The notes under the pieces are model-generated. The model ran no database searches. It worked only from the letters and a program-made list of their open reading frames with translations, and was not told the DNA's origin. A stretch of 64,000 nucleotides of DNA from Nitrospirota bacterium. GTDB taxonomy: Bacteria; Nitrospirota; Thermodesulfovibrionia; Thermodesulfovibrionales; Dissulfurispiraceae. Made by a program: the position numbers and the translations under genes. Position 1 is the stretch's first letter. Each line of letters opens with the position of its first letter. Location of the stretch: contig JBFMCP010000014.1 in assembly GCA_040754455.1 (NCBI GenBank), forward strand, positions 1 through 64,000. The letters are read 5' to 3'. Positions 56,892-64,000 of this stretch are shown here, one piece after another.

Positions 56892-58124
56892 ATGTTTATG
56901 CTAAAAAACCGAGATATTATTGTTTTCTCCGATGACTGGGGCAGGCATCCGTCGAGCTGCCAGCATATTGTGAAGCACCTCCTCCCGGAGAACAGAGTGC
57001 TCTGGGTTAACACGATCGGCATACGCAGTCCGCAGCTGACGGCTTATGATATTAAAAGGAGCTTCGAGAAGCTCCGCTCCTGGCTTTCAGAAACTGCGGG
57101 CAACGGCAAGGGAGGACCTGATAGTCCCGTTATTGTGAGCCCCGTTATCATCCCCTACAACGCCATCGGGCCGGTACGCAGATTCAATAAGCACATGGTT
57201 GTGCGTTCCGTGAGGGGGGCCATGGCACAGTACGATATCAAGAGGCCGATCGTGATAACGACCTTCCCCACGACAGTCGATTATCTCAACGCCTTCGATG
57301 AGATCGCACATGTGTACTACTGCGTCGACGACTTCACCAGCTGGCCGGGAGTGGACAGAGATCTCATCAAGCGGATGGAAGACCGGCTGCTTATCGAATG
57401 CGACCTCACGCTGGCGACTTCTGAGGAGCTCTGCAGAAAAAAAGTAAGAAAGGGCAGGAAGCCCTCTCCCCTGTTCCATGGCGTTGACTTCGAACATTTC
57501 AGCACGTGCCGGATCGGCACGAGAGCATCCGCAGTGCGGCATATCCCCTCACCGGTCATCGGCTTCTTTGGGGCGGTCAGCGCATGGCTCGATTTCACAC
57601 TGCTGACCCGCTGTGCAGCCGCACGCCCTGCATGGTCGTTTGTGTTTGTCGGTCCTGTCGATACCGATGTGCGCCCGCTGAGCGCGTTCAGCAATGTCCA
57701 TTGTGTCGGCAACGTCCCCTATGAGGAGCTGCCCGCCTATGCCGCATCCTTTGATGTGGCTCTGATCCCGTTTGCCGTCAATGAGCTGACGCGGAATGTG
57801 AATCCCCTGAAGCTGCTCGAGTATCTCGCCTGCGGGCTGCCGGTGGTGTCGACCGATATGCCCGAGGTAAGAAAATTCTCCGACGTGATTTCCATAGCAA
57901 AGACGCCGGAAGCATTTCTCGCTGCCATAGAACGGGCTCTTGCAAATGACAGCCCTGAGCTCAGGGCGGCACGGAGGGAGCGGGCCCGACACTACTCCTG
58001 GAAGGCCGTTGCCGAGGAACTGAGCGCGTACATATCAAAAGTGCTGCAGCAGAAGCGGTTGCTGAGGGAAAAGGCGGAGCGGGAGTATGCGGTCAGGCGG
58101 ATATGGAACAGAAGCGAGCGATAG
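56892..58124 (+). CDS. Glycosyltransferase, GT-B (TuaH-like)
   Basis: Motifs FSDDWGRHPSSCQH, YYCVDDF, HGVDFEHF, NPLKLLEYLACGLPVVST. Confidence 0.88.
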   Translation: MFMLKNRDIIVFSDDWGRHPSSCQHIVKHLLPENRVLWVNTIGIRSPQLTAYDIKRSFEKLRSWLSETAGNGKGGPDSPVIVSPVIIPYNAIGPVRRFNKHMVVRSVRGAMAQYDIKRPIVITTFPTTVDYLNAFDEIAHVYYCVDDFTSWPGVDRDLIKRMEDRLLIECDLTLATSEELCRKKVRKGRKPSPLFHGVDFEHFSTCRIGTRASAVRHIPSPVIGFFGAVSAWLDFTLLTRCAAARPAWSFVFVGPVDTDVRPLSAFSNVHCVGNVPYEELPAYAASFDVALIPFAVNELTRNVNPLKLLEYLACGLPVVSTDMPEVRKFSDVISIAKTPEAFLAAIERALANDSPELRAARRERARHYSWKAVAEELSAYISKVLQQKRLLREKAEREYAVRRIWNRSER

Positions 58125-59248
58125 GCCATCTGATCGCCACCAATTTTTTCGGCGGGCCGGAAAAGCAGATCATCGAACATGCCTGCCGTATCAACGAACG
58201 ACGCTTTGCCGTGACTGTCTTCTCCTTCAGGGAGCATCCCGGACCCAACGAGCTGCTCCAAAAGGCGCGTGAGAAGAATATTCCTGCTGTGGAGCTGCCT
58301 GTTCGCGGCCCCTTTGATCCCTCGGCAATCGGTGATCTGGTGCGCAGCATAAAAAAAATGAGAATTGACATCCTCTGCACGCATGGCTACAAATCGAACG
58401 TGATCGGACATATCGCCGCCCGGACCGCGGGGATCCCCCATATCGCCGTTTCGAGAGGGTGGACGGGAGAGAGCCGGAAGATACGGCTCTATGAGTATCT
58501 CGATAAGAGATTTCTGAAATTCGCAGACCACGTTGTCGCAGTGTCGGAAGGCCAGCGGAAGAAGGTGGTTGCCGCAGGAGCGGCTCCGGAGCGGGTATCG
58601 GTGATCTACAACGGCGTTACTGTCGGTGCTGTGGAGGAAGACAGGGAGATGTCCCTGCGCTCGGTGCTCGGCCTCGACGGAGCAGCGACGCTCGTCGTCT
58701 CAGCGGGGCGCCTGAGCGCGGAAAAGAACTTCAGCGGACTGATCGATGCCGCGCGGCTGGTTACGGCAAAGGAATGCACGGCCCGGTTTGTGGTGTTCGG
58801 CGAGGGAGTGCTCAGAAAGGAACTGGAGCAGAAGGTGCGCCGTGCGGGACTGGAGCATCTTTTCTTTCTCCCGGGGTTCAGAAGAGACTTCAGGTCGCTG
58901 CTCGATGATGCCGATATCTTTGTGCTCCCGTCCTTTACCGAAGGGCTTCCCAATGTCGTGCTCGAGGCCTGCGCCAAACGGAAACCAGTCGTTGCAACTG
59001 CGGTCGGCGGCACCCCGGAGGTGATCCAGCACGGCAGTACCGGTTTTATGGTCGCGCCCCACGAGACGGAAAAGATGGCCGATTATATTCTCATGCTCCT
59101 CCGCGACCCTTCGCTCAGAAGGACAATGGGCGCCTGCGGGTATGAGTATGTGAGGGAGTATTTTAATTTCGATATCCAGACAAAGAGGTTCGAGGCACTC
59201 TATGATGACGTCTACGGTTCCTTTTATCACCATCGTTATGCCTGTTAG
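58103..59248 (+). CDS. Glycosyltransferase family 4
   Basis: Motifs GGPEKQ, GRLSAEK, LPSFTEGLPNVVLEA, TAVGGTPE. Confidence 0.9.
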   Translation: MEQKRAIGHLIATNFFGGPEKQIIEHACRINERRFAVTVFSFREHPGPNELLQKAREKNIPAVELPVRGPFDPSAIGDLVRSIKKMRIDILCTHGYKSNVIGHIAARTAGIPHIAVSRGWTGESRKIRLYEYLDKRFLKFADHVVAVSEGQRKKVVAAGAAPERVSVIYNGVTVGAVEEDREMSLRSVLGLDGAATLVVSAGRLSAEKNFSGLIDAARLVTAKECTARFVVFGEGVLRKELEQKVRRAGLEHLFFLPGFRRDFRSLLDDADIFVLPSFTEGLPNVVLEACAKRKPVVATAVGGTPEVIQHGSTGFMVAPHETEKMADYILMLLRDPSLRRTMGACGYEYVREYFNFDIQTKRFEALYDDVYGSFYHHRYAC

Positions 59249-60260
59249 AAATGAGGTGCGGTTTATAAAGGATACCCTTATGCAGCTGCTGCATCAGGAG
59301 TATCCGGCAGACCGGTTCGAAATTATTGTTGCCGATGGCATGTCCGATGACGGGACAGCGGAGGTGGCGAAAAAAGTTGCGCAGGACCATCCCAATGTCA
59401 AAGTGATGGTCAACGAGAAACGGCTTTCGAGCGCGGGAAGGAACATCGGGTTCAGAAACGGCAGAGGGGATATCTTTCTCGTTATCGACGGTCATTGCTA
59501 CATTGAGAGCACACAGTTTCTCAAGAATGTCGTCTCCTGCTTCGCAACGAGCGGCGCCGACTGCCTCGGACGGCCGCAGCCACTCGACCCGCCGGGGCTT
59601 ACGGATTTTCAGAAGGCAGTGGCGCTCGCCCGTGCTTCGAGCATAGGGCACAGCGGCGATTCGCTGATCTATAGCACCTATGAAGGCTATGCGAGCCCGG
59701 TAAGCAACGGGGCGTCATACAAGAGAGAGGTGTTTACAAAGGTCGGCTATGTGGATGAGCGCTTTGATGCCTGCGAGGACGTGGAGTTCAACTACCGTGT
59801 GAAACAGGCGGGGTTGCGTGCGTACACCAGTCCGCTGCTCACCGTCAAATATTACCCGCGTTCGTCCTTCGGCAGCCTCTACCGCCAGATGAAGCGGTAC
59901 GGACAGGGGCGGTTTTGCCTCCTCAGCAAGCATCCGGACTCCTTGACGGTGAACACGATGGTGCCGCCGCTCTTTGCCGGAGGGCTCTTCGCGCTCATGA
60001 CCGCAGCGCTCTCTTCGGTCCTGCTCCCCTCCGCGACAGCGGTTCTGATAGTGTTGGGCGTGCTTTACGGGGTGTATGCGGGCCTGATCGCAGCGGTATC
60101 ATTGCGCATCGCGCTGAGAGAGGGGCTCCATTACTTCAGATACCTGCCGCTTATCTTTTTTGCCATCCATTTCGGGCTCGGCGTCGGCTTCCTCAGCGAA
60201 ATGGTGCGGTGGAACAAAGGTGCCCCCTGCTTCATGAAAAGGACAACCTGCACGGATTGA
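59202..60260 (+). CDS. Glycosyltransferase family 2 (ExoA-like) with C-terminal TM segments
   Basis: Motifs VMPVRNE, ADGMSDDGT, IDGH, CEDVEFNYR, Q..RYGQGR, hydrophobic C-terminus. Confidence 0.88.
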   Translation: MMTSTVPFITIVMPVRNEVRFIKDTLMQLLHQEYPADRFEIIVADGMSDDGTAEVAKKVAQDHPNVKVMVNEKRLSSAGRNIGFRNGRGDIFLVIDGHCYIESTQFLKNVVSCFATSGADCLGRPQPLDPPGLTDFQKAVALARASSIGHSGDSLIYSTYEGYASPVSNGASYKREVFTKVGYVDERFDACEDVEFNYRVKQAGLRAYTSPLLTVKYYPRSSFGSLYRQMKRYGQGRFCLLSKHPDSLTVNTMVPPLFAGGLFALMTAALSSVLLPSATAVLIVLGVLYGVYAGLIAAVSLRIALREGLHYFRYLPLIFFAIHFGLGVGFLSEMVRWNKGAPCFMKRTTCTD

Positions 60261-60274
60261 GGGCGCTGCGGCAC

Positions 60275-61411
60275 ATGATCAAAATCGCCTTTGTCATCGA
60301 TACGATCGCATCGCCGACGGCAGGAACGGAGCAACAACTCCTGCTGTTGCTCAAACATCTCGACCGTGCTCTCTACGCGCCCTGGCTCTGCGTGCTCTAC
60401 CCCTCGGATTGGCTGGACAGGGAGTTCGACCTCTGCCCGCTCCATGTGGCAGACATACGGTCGTTCAAGAGTCCCCGCGCCTATCGCCGCCTCTGGGAGC
60501 TTTCGCGTTTTTTCAGAGATATGGGAATTGACATCGTGCAGACGTATTTCAGGGATTCGCACATCGCCGGTATCCTTGCGGCAAAGCTTGCGGGCATAAA
60601 GACGGTTATCGCGTCGAGAAGAAATCAGGGGTACTGGTATACGCCAAGAGAGCTTCTCCTGCAGAAACTGCTCAACCGGTGGGTTACGCTCTCCATTGCA
60701 AACTCACGGAGTACAAAAGAGTGGATGGTGGACGTCGAAGGGGTTGCTGCGGAGCGCATTGCGGTCATCCACAACGGTGTCAGCCTTGAACGTTTCAGCG
60801 CGAGCAGGGAGGTGAGGACGCGCTACCGTTCTCTGTTGGGGATCCCGGAGGGAGCGCCCTGCATCGGCATGGTGGCGAACCTCAGGAGCGTGAAGGGAGT
60901 AGATGTTTTTATAAAGGCTGCCCCCCTCATAAAAGAGAACGTACCGGAGGCACAGTTTCTGATTGCCGGTGAGGGGGCGGAGAGAGGCCGCCTCGAACAG
61001 CTCGCTGCAGCGCTGCGCCTCGACGGATCGCTCCGGTTCCTCGGTAGGAGAACCGATATCCCGCACCTCATGAGCGCCTTTGACATCGGCGTGCTCTCGT
61101 CCACTTCGGAGAGTCTCTCGAACTCCCTCATCGAATATATGGCCGCGGGGCTCCCGGTCGTCACCACTGAGGTCGGCGGGAGCCGCGAGGCGGTCGAAGA
61201 CGGTGTGACCGGCTTTATCGTGCCGGTCGGTGATTACCAGGCCCTTGCCGGAGCTGTTTTGAGGATCCTGAGAGATGGGGGACTGGCGGCTGCGATGGGA
61301 GCAGAAGGGAAACAGCGTGCTGAACGTCTCTTTTCCCTGCACCGGTTTATTGAGGCGTCGGAGCGTTGCTATCGACAGCACGCTCCTCTTCAAACAGGCG
61401 AGAGATTATAG
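60275..61411 (+). CDS. Glycosyltransferase family 4
   Basis: Start MIKIAFVID. Motifs AGTEQQ, IHNGV, KGVDVF, SESLSNSLIEYMAAGLPVV. Confidence 0.9.
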   Translation: MIKIAFVIDTIASPTAGTEQQLLLLLKHLDRALYAPWLCVLYPSDWLDREFDLCPLHVADIRSFKSPRAYRRLWELSRFFRDMGIDIVQTYFRDSHIAGILAAKLAGIKTVIASRRNQGYWYTPRELLLQKLLNRWVTLSIANSRSTKEWMVDVEGVAAERIAVIHNGVSLERFSASREVRTRYRSLLGIPEGAPCIGMVANLRSVKGVDVFIKAAPLIKENVPEAQFLIAGEGAERGRLEQLAAALRLDGSLRFLGRRTDIPHLMSAFDIGVLSSTSESLSNSLIEYMAAGLPVVTTEVGGSREAVEDGVTGFIVPVGDYQALAGAVLRILRDGGLAAAMGAEGKQRAERLFSLHRFIEASERCYRQHAPLQTGERL

Positions 61412-61416
61412 ACTCC

Positions 61417-62283
61417 ATGGACGCATACGACGAACGAGAGTTGCCTTCAGCCGTCTACACCCCGGAGTCGCAGATGCGGACGCCGGGGCGCCTCATCCGC
61501 TCGATGTGGAAGGATCTCAAGGGGTCACGGGAGCTGGCATGGCGGCTCTTTGTGCGCGACCTGTCGGCGCGGTACCGGCAGAGCCTCCTCGGCGTCTTCT
61601 GGTCGTTCGTCCCTCCGGTGATCACGGGCCTGGTGTTCATTATTCTGCACTCGAAGAGGATCGTCAATTTCGGCAGCACGGACATCCCGTATCCGGTTTT
61701 TGCGATGGTGGGGACGCTGCTCTGGCAGCTTTTCACCGAGAGCCTCAATGCCCCGCTCAGTACGGTAAAGGCCGCTGCCCCGATACTGGCCAAAATCAAT
61801 TTCCCCCGCGAGGCCCTGATTGTCTCGGCATTCTACCAGATGCTCTTCAGCCTCTCGATAAAAGTGGTGGTCATCATAGGGGTGCTGCTGGTCTTCGGCA
61901 TGAAAGTAACCCCCTGGCTTATCCCATCGCTGCTGATCATGATTGCGCTGATCCTCCTGGGAATGGGCATCGGTCTGCTGCTGACGCCGGTAGGGATGCT
62001 CTATTCGGATATTGCATCAATCCTGGCGGTCGGTATACAGTTCTGGTTCTTTATCACGCCGGTCGTCTATCCGGCCCCCACGACCTTTCCTTATTCACTG
62101 ATCGCCTTTTTAAACCCTGTGAGCCCGCTGCTTACCGGCGCACGGGATGTGATGACAAAGGGCGCGATCACCCATACCGCATCGTTTCTTGCGGTGACGT
62201 GGCTGACGGTCGTACTCGTTGTCGGCGCCTGGGTGGTCTATCGCGTAACACTCCCCATCATCGTCGAGAGAATGAGCTCCTGA
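61417..62283 (+). CDS. Polysaccharide ABC transporter permease (Wzm), copy 2
   Basis: Motifs RELAWRLFVRDLSARYRQS.LG, KINFPRE, FITPVVYP, LNPVSPL. Confidence 0.9.
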   Translation: MDAYDERELPSAVYTPESQMRTPGRLIRSMWKDLKGSRELAWRLFVRDLSARYRQSLLGVFWSFVPPVITGLVFIILHSKRIVNFGSTDIPYPVFAMVGTLLWQLFTESLNAPLSTVKAAAPILAKINFPREALIVSAFYQMLFSLSIKVVVIIGVLLVFGMKVTPWLIPSLLIMIALILLGMGIGLLLTPVGMLYSDIASILAVGIQFWFFITPVVYPAPTTFPYSLIAFLNPVSPLLTGARDVMTKGAITHTASFLAVTWLTVVLVVGAWVVYRVTLPIIVERMSS

Positions 62284-63470
62284 TGTCCGATGTGCTCGTC
62301 GCCGCCGAAGGGGTACACAAGAAATTCTGCCGCAGCCTCAAACGGTCGCTCTGGTACGGGATGCGGGATATGGGCGCCGAGCTGCTCGGCCTCTGCGGAC
62401 CGCCGGAGCTCCGCAAAGACGAATTCTGGGCGGTGCAGGGTGTCTCGTTCGAGCTGCGGCGTGGCTCGACACTCGGTCTCATCGGGCACAACGGCGCAGG
62501 AAAGACGACGCTGCTGCGCATGCTCAACGGCCTCATCAAACCGGACAGGGGGCGCATCAACGTGAGGGGAAGAATGCAGGCATTGATCGCATTGGGTGCG
62601 GGCTTCAACCCCCTGCTCACCGGCCGGGAAAACATTTATGTCAACGCTGCAGTGCTCGGTATCCCCAAAGCGGAGGTTGACCGTCGGTTCGATGATATCG
62701 TGGAGTTCTCGGGGATCAACGATTTCATCGATGCGCCGGTGCAGAGCTACAGCTCGGGGATGACGGTCCGGCTCGGTTTTGCCGTAGCCGCACACATGAA
62801 TCCCGATATCCTGCTGGTCGACGAGGTGCTGGCAGTAGGGGACTATGGCTTCCAGAGCAAATGCTACAACAAAATAGGAGAGCTGAAGCACAACGGTACC
62901 GGTATTATCCTGGTCTCGCATAACATGCATACGATCTCGACCTTTGCCGACAGGGTCATGCTGCTCAGCAAGGGCCGGAGCACTCTTTTCGATTACGTTC
63001 CCGATGGGGTGAGAGCATACACCAATCTGTTTGCGGCGACCGGCATGAGCGATGATATCGAAAAGATCCTGAGCGGCAACGGCAGCATCACCTTCTACGA
63101 CGTGCAGGTTGCAAAGAGGGTGCTCAACCCCGCCGATTCTTTTTCTCTTTCGATGTGGTACGAGGCCACAACGGACTACCGGGATGTCGACATCGACACC
63201 CTGATCTACAGCAGCACCGACCCCTGGCTCTACTTTCAGAGTACGAACAAGGCGTACCGCCGGACGGTCGATTTGCCGGAAGGCAGACATAGAATGCAGG
63301 TCACCATCAAGGACATACCGCTCAACAATGCGACGGCAAAAATCGTGGTGACGATCTGGACAAAAAACAGAACAGAGAAGCTCTTCTGGTGGAGGATCCC
63401 GGTCGTGTTCAGGGCCGCCGACTATTCGACCGGCAATAATTTTCTGCAGGTCGCCTATGAAGTCAACTGA
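62283..63470 (+). CDS. Polysaccharide ABC transporter ATP-binding protein (Wzt), copy 2, with C-terminal extension
   Basis: ATG overlaps the wzm stop (TGATG). Motifs GHNGAGKTT, YSSGM, VDEVLAVGD, VSHN. Confidence 0.92.
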   Translation: MSDVLVAAEGVHKKFCRSLKRSLWYGMRDMGAELLGLCGPPELRKDEFWAVQGVSFELRRGSTLGLIGHNGAGKTTLLRMLNGLIKPDRGRINVRGRMQALIALGAGFNPLLTGRENIYVNAAVLGIPKAEVDRRFDDIVEFSGINDFIDAPVQSYSSGMTVRLGFAVAAHMNPDILLVDEVLAVGDYGFQSKCYNKIGELKHNGTGIILVSHNMHTISTFADRVMLLSKGRSTLFDYVPDGVRAYTNLFAATGMSDDIEKILSGNGSITFYDVQVAKRVLNPADSFSLSMWYEATTDYRDVDIDTLIYSSTDPWLYFQSTNKAYRRTVDLPEGRHRMQVTIKDIPLNNATAKIVVTIWTKNRTEKLFWWRIPVVFRAADYSTGNNFLQVAYEVN

Positions 63471-63550
63471 GGTAAGATGTAGTCGAGCTGGAATTATTGC
63501 CCAGATAATGTGCACAGGGAGCACCTCTCCCTGCGAAGCGTACGATCAGA

Positions 63551-64000
63551 ATGAATCCTAAGATCAGCGTGGTCATGAGCGTCTATAACGGAGCGAGACA
63601 TCTCCGCGAGGCGATCGACAGTGTTCTCAACCAAACCTTCAGTGACTTTGAATTTATTATCGTGAACGATGCATCGACTGATCGCTCACGCGACATTGTG
63701 CTCTCCTATTCAGACCCGCGTATTGTCCTCATCGAAAATGAGCGGAACGAGGGGATTACCAGATCTCTTAATAAAGGCCTCAGGGCGGCACAGGGTCTGT
63801 TTATTGCACGTCAGGATGCCGATGATATCTCGGAGCCTCAGCGTCTGGAGGTCGAGGTCGATTTTCTGGAGCGCTTTCCCGATGTCGGGCTGGTAGGCAC
63901 GCATGCTGCATTCATTGACCGGAAAGGGAGAGTGTTCGGTACCTGGGAAACGCCTGCAACGCATGAGGAGATTGTAAAGGGAATGCAGTACGGCAACTGT
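63551..64000 (+). CDS. Glycosyltransferase family 2, partial (runs off the window end)
   Basis: MNPKISVVMSVYNG...IVNDASTD...ARQDADD, open to position 64000. Not in the ORF track. Confidence 0.9.
   Translation, partial: MNPKISVVMSVYNGARHLREAIDSVLNQTFSDFEFIIVNDASTDRSRDIVLSYSDPRIVLIENERNEGITRSLNKGLRAAQGLFIARQDADDISEPQRLEVEVDFLERFPDVGLVGTHAAFIDRKGRVFGTWETPATHEEIVKGMQYGNC

Noticed and set aside
61275..62282. Apparent 336-aa N-terminal extension making Wzt a 731-aa protein
   Set aside because: It overlaps the real wzm in another frame. Wzt starts at ATG 62283, coupled to the wzm stop. The extensions at 59915, 31309, 42974, 47685 and 5281 are similar artefacts.

Overview
Bacterial chromosome window, about 55-60% GC by eye. 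Gene content (triheme c7-type cytochromes, Geobacter-style XrtA/PEP-CTERM locus) suggests an anaerobic Nitrospirota or Desulfobacterota organism; this is inference. 1-18 kb: the right part of an IS630 element inserted in the signal-peptide region of a multidomain secreted protein; a MATE exporter co-oriented with a degenerate, C-terminally shortened CysRS paralog; PilZ, FadL-like and DUF6125-like genes; tRNA-Arg(ACG); rluD; gatA-gatB without gatC; two tandem c7-type cytochromes, each with its own promoter and terminator; ilvE; glmS behind a sigma54 promoter. 18-64 kb: one large + strand glycan locus that runs off the right edge. It holds a soluble histidine kinase, a sigma54 activator, palindromic enhancer-like repeats, a pseudo-receiver, PrsT, a priming sugar transferase, a short OPX, split Wzc, an ExeA-like ATPase and an UpxY-like antiterminator. 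These are followed by CDP-sugar and C-methylation genes, two Wzm/Wzt ABC exporters, many glycosyltransferases, an OM beta-barrel and unusual tailoring enzymes. Strongest leads: (1) the MATE + CysRS-paralog pair, whose zinc site is altered and whose anticodon domain is missing; (2) a QueC-like PP-loop protein, amino-acid dehydrogenase and Cys-less AsnB trio that may add amines or amino acids to the glycan; (3) a hairpin-rich leader downstream of upxY; (4) a clear candidate binding motif for the sigma54 activator. All calls come from reading motifs by eye; no database searches were run.
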